Origin: Fibrobacterales bacterium
GTDB taxonomy: Bacteria > Fibrobacterota > Fibrobacteria > Fibrobacterales > JAOPTW01
Length of the DNA stretch: 64,000 nt
Assembly: GCA_051532055.1 (NCBI GenBank)
Contig: JAOPTX010000047.1
Location: 1-64,000, forward strand
Direction: 5' to 3'
Shown: positions 53,464-63,297 of the stretch, piece by piece
Layout of the letters: each line of letters starts with the position of its first letter
Numbering within the stretch: position 1 is the stretch's first letter
Program-made: the position numbers and the translations under genes
Notes under the pieces: generated by a model
What the model saw: only the letters and a program-made list of their open reading frames with translations
What the model was told of the DNA's origin: nothing
Databases searched by the model: none

Positions 53464-54261
53464 TTATAGAGCGTTAGTATGAGCAAATGTAATGGATGAG
53501 GTTCGGTTGTTCCAGTTTTTAATCCAGGCAGGCTTTGGATATTCACGGCCACGTATCGTTACGGTGCCGACACCATACTCTTTTAAATCAGTGATAATGA
53601 ATGGGCAACCGGGGCCCATTTTCAAATACAATGCTTCCCCCCCTAAATCTGGAAGTGCCGCCATAGGGTTTTCCCACAGTATCACAGCGCCTATTGCATT
53701 TTCTGGTGGGTTGTAGGCAAATAGACTTGAGATTCTATTGTCCCAAAAGGTGCCTTGAAGTTTCACATAGTCTACATAAGCGTGTCCATGCCGCATTACG
53801 TGGTCATAATTGAATTCAGTAGAGGCGCCTAACAAGAATTTATCAGAAAATACTTTTACGTTAAGGCCATTTGTTGCGGCAACGTCACCGGTACTTTTCG
53901 CAAGAAGCGATGTAGAATTTATGGTGATATTCATCTCTTTATTCGCAATTTTAGAATTTCGATAGAGCTCAATTAGAGTGTCATGAGGTTGATCTATTAC
54001 CTTAACTAGGGTTGGGATATCGAGTATATCAAATATTTCCTCATTATTTTGACTATCTACAATCGTTATTGTGTCGTTAGAGGTAGTATAGCTCACAGTA
54101 TATGCATTACCTTCAAAGAGATAGGTGACGACCTTGGCTGCTACAGAGGTCTGTGTATCAGCAGGTAATTCCTGTGCTGAAAAAGTTTGAGGGCTGTTGT
54201 CACAGGCGACAAAGGTGGATAACACTGCTGCTGTAACAAGTGTCGATAGTATGATGTTCAT
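53464..54261 (-). CDS. Lipoprotein with C-terminal beta/gamma-crystallin-like domain (paralogue)
   Basis: Lipobox FVAC; VFSDKFLLG...WDNRISS, LWEN...WNNRTSS. Confidence 0.75.
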   Translation of the reverse strand: MNIILSTLVTAAVLSTFVACDNSPQTFSAQELPADTQTSVAAKVVTYLFEGNAYTVSYTTSNDTITIVDSQNNEEIFDILDIPTLVKVIDQPHDTLIELYRNSKIANKEMNITINSTSLLAKSTGDVAATNGLNVKVFSDKFLLGASTEFNYDHVMRHGHAYVDYVKLQGTFWDNRISSLFAYNPPENAIGAVILWENPMAALPDLGGEALYLKMGPGCPFIITDLKEYGVGTVTIRGREYPKPAWIKNWNNRTSSITFAHTNAL

Positions 54262-54321
54262 AATGATCCTTTATTTGGGGTGGTTTTTAACGTCTTGATG
54301 AATAAGATTCAATGCTGATAG

Positions 54322-54337
54322 AGCAATAGGTATGCCA
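54322..54337 (-). promoter_or_regulatory. Sigma54 promoter of the crystallin-lipoprotein operon
   Basis: Minus strand TGGCATACCTATTGCT. Confidence 0.8.
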
Positions 54338-54377
54338 TAATTGAAATTGAATTGTATTGAATCGAATGAAGTAAAAA

Positions 54378-54479
54378 GTGTCGCAGATGTATGTCAAAAG
54401 AATTAATGTGCGACACAATGAAAAAGAGTACGACGGTTTTAAGGTGTTGTGCGACAGTCGCGTTGCGACGGTGCGACAG
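54378..54479. promoter_or_regulatory. Cluster of TGCGAC/GTCGC motifs, putative upstream activating sequences
   Basis: GTGTCGCA 54378 inverted to TGCGACAC 54409; TACGAC 54429; TGCGAC 54450, 54464, 54472; GTCGC 54457. Confidence 0.65.
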
Positions 54480-54572
54480 TTGTGATGAATTCATTATACG
54501 GATGGTATTTTTAAAGGGGACTATTTAAGCAAATGAGCGCCATTATCCCATTCAAGTGGTAATCCGGATAGT

Positions 54573-54588
54573 TGGCACATGTTTTGCA
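54573..54588 (+). promoter_or_regulatory. Sigma54 promoter of the hydrolase gene
   Basis: TGGCACATGTTTTGCA, consensus match. Confidence 0.85.
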
Positions 54589-54631
54589 TAGGTTGTAGTA
54601 CACGATAAATTTTAACATACATAGGTATATA

Positions 54632-55540
54632 ATGAAATTGAGTAAGATGATAATAACAGGATTAGTGGTAGGGTCTTGTTTATACACAAATGGCATGAGT
54701 CAGGAGACAGGAAAAAATGTTGTGCAAACAACAACATTGGGAACGTTAACATTGAAGGAAGGGTTACCAATAGTAAAAGAAATTAAGTGGTGGACAGACC
54801 CGGCGCTCAGTAAAAGTCATACCTTGATCATTTCTTCGGGTGGAGCAGAGTATACAACCTATCTCGCTAAAAATAGGCTGACTCAAAAATTAGATTTTAA
54901 AAATGATTTGCTCAATTTCACCTATTACGTTTTAACTAATCTAAGGTATCTCTTTACTGACTTTGCTGATGATGTACGATTCTTTGCCAGCAGGGTTCAT
55001 CGAGAAAATCTGCAAGAATCAGTTTTTGCTGTTTCTACACGACCAACATTTGATCTTGCTAACGGAATGGCCGATAGTGATATATTTCCTTTTAATGAAG
55101 ACTTTTTTTATCCGAGTGTTAATACCCTTGCAAGTAGAATTAAGTATGCTGCTGGCAAAATGCCCGCTGACAGAAAAATTATCCTTGTGGGTAAAAGTAT
55201 GGGAGGTTGCCAGTTGATGAAGGCGGCTAATAAACTCGAGGGAATTCTAAAAATTGACCAACTCATACTCGTTGATGCCTCATGCACCTTGGATAAGCAT
55301 GCGTCTGAATACAAAAATATCACATCAAATGTAAAAGAAGCTTTTTCGTTTTATCAGACAACAAGGTTTCAGCGTCAAAGTGGCTATCCTATATTACAAA
55401 ATGGCCATCAGTTAAGAGAAAATGTTGATGTGTCAAAAGGTTTTTGTCCTAACGTTAGTCATGCAGAGATAGATACGTGTGAACCACTTCTCCATATTAT
55501 GTCATATCTTTCAATGAGAATCATTCATGATGCTCCTTAG
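54632..55540 (+). CDS. Secreted alpha/beta-fold hydrolase
   Basis: Signal peptide; IILVGKSMGG nucleophile elbow, LILVDA, SHAEID. Confidence 0.75.
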   Translation: MKLSKMIITGLVVGSCLYTNGMSQETGKNVVQTTTLGTLTLKEGLPIVKEIKWWTDPALSKSHTLIISSGGAEYTTYLAKNRLTQKLDFKNDLLNFTYYVLTNLRYLFTDFADDVRFFASRVHRENLQESVFAVSTRPTFDLANGMADSDIFPFNEDFFYPSVNTLASRIKYAAGKMPADRKIILVGKSMGGCQLMKAANKLEGILKIDQLILVDASCTLDKHASEYKNITSNVKEAFSFYQTTRFQRQSGYPILQNGHQLRENVDVSKGFCPNVSHAEIDTCEPLLHIMSYLSMRIIHDAP

Positions 55541-55581
55541 TGGGAGTTTGATTAAATACTATTGATCGATCTGTAATATAT

Positions 55582-55627
55582 ATGCGAGTTCATTGTAGAT
55601 GAGTCAACACGCTGAGCTCGCATTTTT
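55582..55627 (+). terminator. Probable terminator hairpin
   Basis: ATGCGAGTTCA...TGAGCTCGCAT followed by TTTT. Confidence 0.55.
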
Positions 55628-55695
55628 GTTTAGAATTATGTCGATGACTCATAATTCTCTGTAATAACAGTGATTTCCTGGTACTTTTCAAAAAT

Positions 55696-55778
55696 TGGTA
55701 TACGAAGTGGTTATTTTTGCCACTTTTGGTCTACGAAACAAAAACGAATACATGCAACATGTGATGCCTGTCACATAC
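55696..55778 (+). repeat. 83-bp conserved element, copy 1
   Basis: 66/83 nt identical, ungapped, to 58511-58593 (manual alignment). Confidence 0.92.
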
Positions 55779-55989
55779 GTAATCTTTAAAATGAATTAAA
55801 TGATCCACCCAATAAGTTTACCATTTCTGTGAACATTCCTTGGTAAATATGCCGGTCAAATATTATGGTTAGTTCATATACAACTTGGCCTATTTTTTCT
55901 ACTATTACTCCAAAATGGACACGGCTGAACTGCAGACGTACATATTTCCTACAAAATGTGACTGTATCAGTATATAGAGGGTATTTAAA

Positions 55990-58395
55990 ATGAAAAATTT
56001 TGCTTCCTTTACGGGGGTTCTTTCCGTATTACTATTTCTCATGGTTTTTTCTGGATGTATCGGTTCGAATGACTCGGACACTGTTTCTAGAGAATATACC
56101 ATAAAAGTTTCAAGTGATTTTCCAATAGACAGTATTGTACTTGATTATACCATTGATGATGCTGGGTATCACGCATCCTATACTGGATCAGATTTTGTAC
56201 AAATTAAAACAGATACAAGTTATGAGGTGTCGCATACAATTATATTGAGTGCTCCCACAGAGCAGTCAGTTGTCTCAATGGAGTATACCAGTTATTCTCA
56301 GGGGTTTCCAATAATTGGTACCACTCGATCATTTGTGCTCTCCGCAACCACTATTCCACCGGTAGCGAGAACTAAATATCCCTTTGTTGAAATTCTACAA
56401 TTACAAGAAATAAGTAAATCTGAACTGACTAAGACGGCACTTCTCGACTCTCTTGTGTTGGCTACAGCTGCCAATGCATCAGACTCTGTTGCTCTAGTCA
56501 TTGTTACTTCTTATATACAAATGGACGGTGTGGTAACTGAGGCTGTTGTAACACAGCTTTATGATTTATTAGACGCATCGTATGATGAGAGTATCGCAAT
56601 GGAAAAATTAAAGCTCAGAGTTCCTGAGGGGATCGATGTGGAAGAAATTCTTGCTGAAGTTACTTTGTCATCATCTGTTCTTTCTTCGAGTCAAGCTACG
56701 GGTGATCCCGTTGTTTCATCGAGCGAAGATGAACCGAATGTATCATCTGAAGTGACCCATACTTCAGTGAGCTCCTCTGTGCCAGAATCGAGTAGTTCAG
56801 TTGTATCATCGAGTTCTGTAATTTCTAGTAGTAGTGTAATTATTTCAAGTTCTAGTCAGGTGTATTCTTCTGAAGTGATTATGCATACCCTTACCATTGT
56901 CTCAGAAGATGACAGTAAACTCACTGTTTCTATTGGATCGTTTCAAGTTGCAGAGGTCGTGAATGTGGACGTTGATGTTACTGTAGTGGGGGTGGGAGGT
57001 AATACCTTTGACGCTTGGGATATCTCAAGTAATTGTGCAATTAACCAGCACGACCCATTAATCGTGAGTTGTACCGGTGATGGGACGGTTACTGCTCTCT
57101 ATACTAGAATCCCCATTACCAGTGTCAATATTCAGGGACAAGCTATTCGATCACTGACGACCATTGGCGAGACGACACAGCTTGTTGCAGATTTAAAACC
57201 AAGTGAGGCAACCAATACAGCGGTCACATGGAGTTCTGATAATTCAAAAGTAGTTTCAGTAACTGCTAATGGTTTGGTAACTGCTACTGGAGTTGGCAAG
57301 GCGATTGTTACCCTGACGAGTAATGACGGTGGACTCGCTTATAGTGTGGTCTTTCATGTGTTGTCATATGAAGTTGAATTTAAAAATAGTGATACGAGAG
57401 TGTTTTCAGCAGCAGCGCTCAGCAATGGAACGTATGTTGTTGCATATAGTAAAGGAAGTACAGGAAATGAGTATGGGGTATTTGATCTCTATTCTGCAGA
57501 AGGAATTAAAATAGGGAGTACCCACGAGTTTTTAAAAGATAAACCATATGATATAAAAGCCGTGGAGATGTCGGACAGTCACTTTGCTATTATTTATGCG
57601 GCAGTAATCCCTGGTGGCTATGCATCGACCCAAAATGCATTTAAGATTTTTGATCTCAGTGGGGGTGAGGTTAAATCCCAAACAATCATAGGCAATTCTT
57701 CTTACAGATTATCTGTAGTACCATTAAATGATGGTGGTTTTGCAATGAGTCACTACTTTAAGTACTCTTTTACATTGATTTTGTATGACGCAGATGGTAA
57801 TAGAATATCACATAGCACGCCTTACATATCTGGTAATGATTCTTTTTATGATTTTGATGTCCTAAAAAATGGAAATATTTTTATTTCATATTATGACCTA
57901 CAGACTTCTAATGGGTATGCAAGTATTAACATCTTAAATTATAGTACTGGGACTGAATTACTCAATACACGAATGATCCCTGTGGGTCTTGTTGGTGCAA
58001 AAGTAACAACACTGGAAAGCGGTAATGTTCTTGTTGTATATCAACCAACTGGAGTTGATAAACTTACAATGATGGTGTATGATCAAGATGGGACAGAAGT
58101 TAAAACGGGTGAAACAATCTTTTATACTGTTAATACAAAAAATATTGAAGTAACTGCACTGAGTGGTGAATATTACGCAGTCTCGTTCATAGACTCAGAT
58201 GATCATAAAGCACACTGGGCAGTGATAAATGGTGATACACCCTATGGTAGACCGAAACCATTTGGAGTCTTTGCTGAAGAATCAACAACACGTACCTCTA
58301 TGGCGAGCCTCACCAATGATAATGTCGTAATTGTGCATGATACACCAGATAAAAGTATCATGAAGATCTATAATACATCTTATTATCTCCCTTAA
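55990..58395 (+). CDS. Lipoprotein with Ser-rich linker, Big_2 Ig-like domain and C-terminal propeller-like repeats
   Basis: Lipobox FSGC; PSEATNTAVTWSSDN..V.SV...GLVTA.GVG.A; seven xxLxxGxxxxxY-type repeats. Confidence 0.85.
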   Translation: MKNFASFTGVLSVLLFLMVFSGCIGSNDSDTVSREYTIKVSSDFPIDSIVLDYTIDDAGYHASYTGSDFVQIKTDTSYEVSHTIILSAPTEQSVVSMEYTSYSQGFPIIGTTRSFVLSATTIPPVARTKYPFVEILQLQEISKSELTKTALLDSLVLATAANASDSVALVIVTSYIQMDGVVTEAVVTQLYDLLDASYDESIAMEKLKLRVPEGIDVEEILAEVTLSSSVLSSSQATGDPVVSSSEDEPNVSSEVTHTSVSSSVPESSSSVVSSSSVISSSSVIISSSSQVYSSEVIMHTLTIVSEDDSKLTVSIGSFQVAEVVNVDVDVTVVGVGGNTFDAWDISSNCAINQHDPLIVSCTGDGTVTALYTRIPITSVNIQGQAIRSLTTIGETTQLVADLKPSEATNTAVTWSSDNSKVVSVTANGLVTATGVGKAIVTLTSNDGGLAYSVVFHVLSYEVEFKNSDTRVFSAAALSNGTYVVAYSKGSTGNEYGVFDLYSAEGIKIGSTHEFLKDKPYDIKAVEMSDSHFAIIYAAVIPGGYASTQNAFKIFDLSGGEVKSQTIIGNSSYRLSVVPLNDGGFAMSHYFKYSFTLILYDADGNRISHSTPYISGNDSFYDFDVLKNGNIFISYYDLQTSNGYASINILNYSTGTELLNTRMIPVGLVGAKVTTLESGNVLVVYQPTGVDKLTMMVYDQDGTEVKTGETIFYTVNTKNIEVTALSGEYYAVSFIDSDDHKAHWAVINGDTPYGRPKPFGVFAEESTTRTSMASLTNDNVVIVHDTPDKSIMKIYNTSYYLP

Positions 58396-58434
58396 AGAGG
58401 CAATGAACAGTTTCATCATTTAATTATTAATTAT

Positions 58435-58472
58435 TATAAAAAGCCGAATCGTTACTGATTCGGCTTTTTATA
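58435..58472 (+). terminator. Intrinsic terminator
   Basis: TATAAAAAGCCGAATC-GTTACT-GATTCGGCTTTTTATA. Confidence 0.9.
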
Positions 58473-58510
58473 TGCCCTGTATGCTGTATAACTTATTTAC
58501 TGGTCAAATG

Positions 58511-58593
58511 TGGTATACGAAACCCTGTATATTGCCCATTTTGGTCTACGAAAGAAAATTAATTTCATGCAACATGTGATGCTTGTCACATAC
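58511..58593 (+). repeat. 83-bp conserved element, copy 2
   Basis: Ungapped match to 55696-55778. Confidence 0.92.
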
Positions 58594-58751
58594 AGGATTT
58601 TGATATTGAACTATACTGCGCTCCGAAAATCAGTATTGGGGATGGTAGACAACAAAGTTGGATGATTATTGTTGAGTAACAGTTTTCTACTACTCATAGC
58701 TCCTAGATAACTCATTCCTTTTCTATTTTCTTGTTTTTAATGAGGTATAGT

Positions 58752-59378
58752 ATGCGTCAATTTATTTCTGCTGTTTTTATTCTATCAACTATTTTCTTAA
58801 CTCATTGCGCTCAGTGTGAATCTGATCCTGTGGAACAGTGTAGTCTAGAGAATAGAACTACAAATGTTGATTCATTATCATATCAGGGCGGATCTATTGT
58901 ATTCAAAAAACAAATAGGGCATAAGGGGCAACGGGATCTTTTTGATACTACTGTCACTATTCAGCTAGACGGTGCATTACCAATGTGGAACCCTAATGCG
59001 GCCTCTCTCATTTTTGAAGAATGTCAGAATCGCACAGCAGAGGACGTATACTCAGATAAAATTGTGTTTGGGCTCGTACTTAATAATGGTGCGGAGTTAA
59101 CATTTATTCCGACAGAAGTTATTGATGAAACCCAAAAGTATAGCGTAGAATATTATCATGCTATAAATGATTCGACTATTGTATTTGGTAACATTGAAGA
59201 GAGTGGTACTTTAAACAGAGAAGTGCTGAGTCATACAACGAAGGGACCCGGTAGTTACACTGCCATTGCTCATGATTCTTTTGAGGGTTCGAAATTCAAC
59301 TATGTGGTTACTCATACCTATAGCTATGCTATTTCTGCTATTGAAGGATGTGGTGACGGCTTTTTGCGGACGCACTAG
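58752..59378 (+). CDS. Hypothetical lipoprotein
   Basis: GAGG RBS before MRQFISAVFILSTIFLTHC. Confidence 0.7.
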   Translation: MRQFISAVFILSTIFLTHCAQCESDPVEQCSLENRTTNVDSLSYQGGSIVFKKQIGHKGQRDLFDTTVTIQLDGALPMWNPNAASLIFEECQNRTAEDVYSDKIVFGLVLNNGAELTFIPTEVIDETQKYSVEYYHAINDSTIVFGNIEESGTLNREVLSHTTKGPGSYTAIAHDSFEGSKFNYVVTHTYSYAISAIEGCGDGFLRTH

Positions 59379-59402
59379 TAGGAGGTTGTGTAGTCACGCT
59401 GT

Positions 59403-60500
59403 TTATTGCATAAACATAGTGCCAAAGACATCAGCATTTTGCCAGCCCTCATCATTATTGATACCATGGCTCTCTTTGCTACCAATAAAGTGCTCACGCT
59501 CCCCATTGTCATCATTGTCACCATAGGCCATTGAGAAGCCAATGGTATGACCTTGTGTGATTGTGGCTGATGTATTGATATCTACATCTTCATTAAAGGT
59601 ATCATCATACATATGGATTGCAATTTCCCAGAGATATCGGTTGCCGTATTGGGTGCGCATTACTTTGAGGTTGTTGTCGAAGAAATGCGTTGACTGATCA
59701 GTTTTTTTATCGATGCCGTGATACTCTGTTGATACATGGTAGGCAAATGCTTGATGGTTAAAGGTGTGATCGCCACCCGATGCATCAAAATCTATAAATA
59801 CTTCAACATAATCTCCCTGCCAATAGTTCTCAATACCATCATCAAGAGTGCCGTGAAGAATATTATCAGTAACGTCTACCAACAGGTAGAGATAGTCTTG
59901 GTCCCAACTTACTTTAAACCGTCCATGGTAATCTGATGAATCGAGCGTGGCTGAACCCATCCAAATATAATTCATGTCATACCATTGGGATTGTTGCCAT
60001 ATCGTTTCATCGCCACATCCATCAATAGTTAAAGGAGTATCAGTGTGAGCCGCTGTAAAGTCACCGTTTTTTCTTTTTTCAACACTTGTGATATCGAGTG
60101 ATGGATCACAATTGAAGGTTACTGAACTTTCTGAACTTTCAATAATCTCTGCGTTCGATGATTTTTCTGATGAACTCGAAGGCGTTGACTCGGTATGTAT
60201 GCTGCTCTCAGATGATGAAGCATAGGATGAGGGTGTACTTGATTCTGTTGATGACATTGAGGAGGAGGGTATGGTATGGTCCTGCTCAATAGATGACATA
60301 GAGGAGCTACTCTCATTTGTAGGCTTAATGGCACTACTGGATACATAAGAGGGTGAGGAGTAATTTTTTATAGCCGAACTTGATGATTCTGATGCATGTA
60401 TCTCAGATGAATCAGCATCTGCTTTGAGTGATTCTGCGGAACATCCCAAGTGCAGTGAGAGAAAAGCTGTACATAAAAGGAGGGTGAGTGGTACATACAT
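59403..60500 (-). CDS. Lipoprotein with Ser-rich linker and CBM9-like sugar-binding domain
   Basis: Lipobox HLGC; LTIDG...W, FKVSWDQDYLYLLVDVTD, DYVEVFID, IGFS.AY.DND. Confidence 0.85.
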   Translation of the reverse strand: MYVPLTLLLCTAFLSLHLGCSAESLKADADSSEIHASESSSSAIKNYSSPSYVSSSAIKPTNESSSSMSSIEQDHTIPSSSMSSTESSTPSSYASSSESSIHTESTPSSSSEKSSNAEIIESSESSVTFNCDPSLDITSVEKRKNGDFTAAHTDTPLTIDGCGDETIWQQSQWYDMNYIWMGSATLDSSDYHGRFKVSWDQDYLYLLVDVTDNILHGTLDDGIENYWQGDYVEVFIDFDASGGDHTFNHQAFAYHVSTEYHGIDKKTDQSTHFFDNNLKVMRTQYGNRYLWEIAIHMYDDTFNEDVDINTSATITQGHTIGFSMAYGDNDDNGEREHFIGSKESHGINNDEGWQNADVFGTMFMQ

Positions 60501-60706
60501 TCTTGATTCCAGAGTTAGAGATGGGAGTGCCTAGGCACTGTGCTATAGTTTATATTTAATCAACCGTATCCGCAATAACTATATCGTAAACGGATATTCA
60601 TAGTTGAATACTGGTGTTTTCATCCAATTTTTTAATGGTACCCTCTCCCTAATACCTTCGAAAAACTGGTATATTAGTATCTTTGCTCTAATCAAAGGAC
60701 GCGCTT

Positions 60707-60988
60707 ATGAAATACCTAACAATACTCCTTCTCACAATTGTTTGCCCGATAGTGGCGTTCCAGATCGAGCAAGAGTATAACAGTGAAAGTTACATCATTA
60801 CCATTTTGTGTACCTTAGCTGGAATTATGGCATTAGTAGTGTATACTTTGATTCGAAAAGTTTCCGACAAGAGAATATCAAAAATTAATCCAGTAGATGT
60901 CGGTATCGATGAAAGTATTGAGTTAGCGATTGATGTGGCTATAGATAGCGCTGGTGATGTTCTTAATTCTGTAGATGTTGATCTGTAG
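60707..60988 (+). CDS. Small membrane protein
   Basis: AAGGA RBS, two hydrophobic segments, acidic tail. Confidence 0.6.
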   Translation: MKYLTILLLTIVCPIVAFQIEQEYNSESYIITILCTLAGIMALVVYTLIRKVSDKRISKINPVDVGIDESIELAIDVAIDSAGDVLNSVDVDL

Positions 60989-61213
60989 AAATATTCGATC
61001 AATTTTTTGTCCCCACAAATGATTCGTTTACCTCATACAGAAAGAACTCCAGTGTTTAATTAATACATAATACGTACCTGGCCTTGTACGCATTCTGTTC
61101 ACAAATGTAAAAAAGAATCAGCATAGTGTTTGGGTGTAGTTAAAGAAATATTTCTAGACTATATTAGTCGCAATTATAATCAAATGGCATGGGTTAATCA
61201 TATCTAGAAACAG

Positions 61214-61429
61214 CACTTATCCGCTGGGATCGTTTGTGAAAACTTCTGTAGTCTTTGTAATAGAGACTATAGGAAATGTGTCCCCGCACACAGACGAGCC
61301 CAGTAGGTTATGTGAAATATATGAATATCCCAATGTCTACTTATCACTATAATTGTTTGAGTAATGGTAGACACCAACAGGTACGGGTTGCATTCTGAGT
61401 GCCCTTGGAGTGCAGCCTAGTCTGTTAGG
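61214..61429 (+). ncRNA. Candidate structured RNA / 5' leader
   Basis: Three hairpin domains whose non-Watson-Crick pairs are mostly G-U on the + strand. Confidence 0.5.
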
Positions 61430-61467
61430 GAAGAAATGAACAGCACACAACAACACAGGAAGATCAT

Positions 61468-63297
61468 ATGAAATTAATGCTATTAATAGTCGTACTTGCA
61501 CTATTCTCTCAGGCCTCATTTGCTCAAGTTATTCAGGCGGATGATGTGGTTAAAGGGAAGTTTAAAGTATGGCATCCCGTAAACATTAAATTTGAGGGTC
61601 CATGGACCTCCGAAACCGCTACACCAAACCCATTCACTCAGTATCGTCTTGACGTGTTTTTCACAAGCCCGAGTGGTAAAGAGTTTAGAGTACCTGGCTT
61701 CTATGCTGCTGATGGAAAATCTGGTAAAACAGGTGCGTCATCGGGTAATATATGGAGAGTAAAGTTCCCACCTAATGAACCAGGAGAGTGGTCATATTAT
61801 ACTTCCTTTGTAAAGGGTAACTTTATTGCCGCAAAAATGAAAGGGGGAACAACAGCAGGATATTTTGATGGTCATACCGGTTCATTTACTATTAATCCTT
61901 CTGATGTGCCTGTTACAGACAAAAATTTACGGGGTAAAGGCAAACTGGAGTATGTAGGCGAACACTACTTACAATTTCAGGGTACGGGTAAAAGTTTTAT
62001 GAAAGGGGGGGCTAATAGTCCTGAAGTGTTTCTTGAGTATGCAGGGTTTGATAATACTCCTTCGGCTCGTACCTACCCAAGTCATATATCGGATTGGAAT
62101 GCTGGAGACCCAACCTGGAGAAATGGTAAAGGAAAAGGGATAATTGGTGTCGTAAATTATCTTTCTACTACTGGAGTAAATGGAATGTATTTTTTAACCA
62201 ACAATCATGAAGGTGATGGTGGTAAGGCATGGCCATGGATTAATACGAAACAACCCTATCGCTATGATTGTTCTAAACTTCAACAATGGGATTTTGTCTT
62301 TAGGCACTTTGATACTAAAGGTATGATGCTTCATTTTGTAACTACAGAAACAGAAAATGAGTCTCTCTTTGAAAACATCGAAGGTTCAGCACCTGACGGC
62401 TTTTCGGCTTTACGCAAAATTTATTACCGTGAACTTGTCGCACGGTTTGGATATCACTTAGCGATTACCTGGAATGTCGGGGAAGAAAATGGATGGAATG
62501 AGGGGAGTGGTCATCACAGAGCTAACACACAAAAACAGCGGTTATTGTTTGCCAAACGTCTTAAAAAATTGACTTACTATAAAGACCATATTGTAGTGCA
62601 TAATGGACCATCATGGAACGATGATATTTTTTATGGGTTACTCGGTACACAATGGTATAGTGGACCATCGTTTCAATGGGGCTATAACGATAACATTCAC
62701 TCTAAAATTAATTTTTGGAGATACCAATCTGTACAAAGCGGTAAAAAATGGGTCGTGAGTATGGATGAAGCATGGGTTGGTCCAGAAACCTATAGCCTTG
62801 ATCATTGGCGTAAGGAGATTGTATGGGGGACGATAATGGCTGGTGGTGCAGGAACAGAGTTCTATGTTGGTGCAGGAAAAGATATTGTTATCCAAAATTT
62901 AAAACCCTACCATGATTATTACCGTTATTCTGGCATTGCAGTAAAATTTATGCAAAAGTATATCCCTATGAAAACACTCTATCCGAATGATGGCTATATC
63001 GGTAATGGTTGGACACTTAAAAATAACGCTAATGTGCTGCTATACCTCCGTAATGGTGGGACCCGTGACATTGATCTTCCAAAGGGTACTTATACCGTTC
63101 GGTGGTTTGATCCTCGTCATGGTGGAATATTGCAAGTAGGAACCAAGAACACTATTACCGGAGGTGCCTCGAAAAACATTGGCTATGCTCCAAGTTATCA
63201 TGCAAAAGATTGGGTGGTGTGGATCCAGAAAATTGTCCCTATTGCAGCAGGGTTCGATGGTGTAGAAGAACAACAAGCATTGATTAACCCACTTTAG
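61468..63297 (+). CDS. Secreted DUF5060-domain putative glycoside hydrolase with collagen-binding-like C-terminal domain
   Basis: NPFTQYRLDVFF..P, VPGFYAADG, GKLEYVGEHYL, WNVGEEN, DE, YTVRWFDPRHGG. Confidence 0.85.
   Translation: MKLMLLIVVLALFSQASFAQVIQADDVVKGKFKVWHPVNIKFEGPWTSETATPNPFTQYRLDVFFTSPSGKEFRVPGFYAADGKSGKTGASSGNIWRVKFPPNEPGEWSYYTSFVKGNFIAAKMKGGTTAGYFDGHTGSFTINPSDVPVTDKNLRGKGKLEYVGEHYLQFQGTGKSFMKGGANSPEVFLEYAGFDNTPSARTYPSHISDWNAGDPTWRNGKGKGIIGVVNYLSTTGVNGMYFLTNNHEGDGGKAWPWINTKQPYRYDCSKLQQWDFVFRHFDTKGMMLHFVTTETENESLFENIEGSAPDGFSALRKIYYRELVARFGYHLAITWNVGEENGWNEGSGHHRANTQKQRLLFAKRLKKLTYYKDHIVVHNGPSWNDDIFYGLLGTQWYSGPSFQWGYNDNIHSKINFWRYQSVQSGKKWVVSMDEAWVGPETYSLDHWRKEIVWGTIMAGGAGTEFYVGAGKDIVIQNLKPYHDYYRYSGIAVKFMQKYIPMKTLYPNDGYIGNGWTLKNNANVLLYLRNGGTRDIDLPKGTYTVRWFDPRHGGILQVGTKNTITGGASKNIGYAPSYHAKDWVVWIQKIVPIAAGFDGVEEQQALINPL

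Noticed and set aside
54378..54479. Mini-CRISPR or iteron array
   Set aside because: Repeats are only 5-8 bp, irregularly spaced and in both orientations; no cas or rep genes
61185..61200. Sigma54 promoter TGGCATGGGTTAATCA
   Set aside because: No GC at -12
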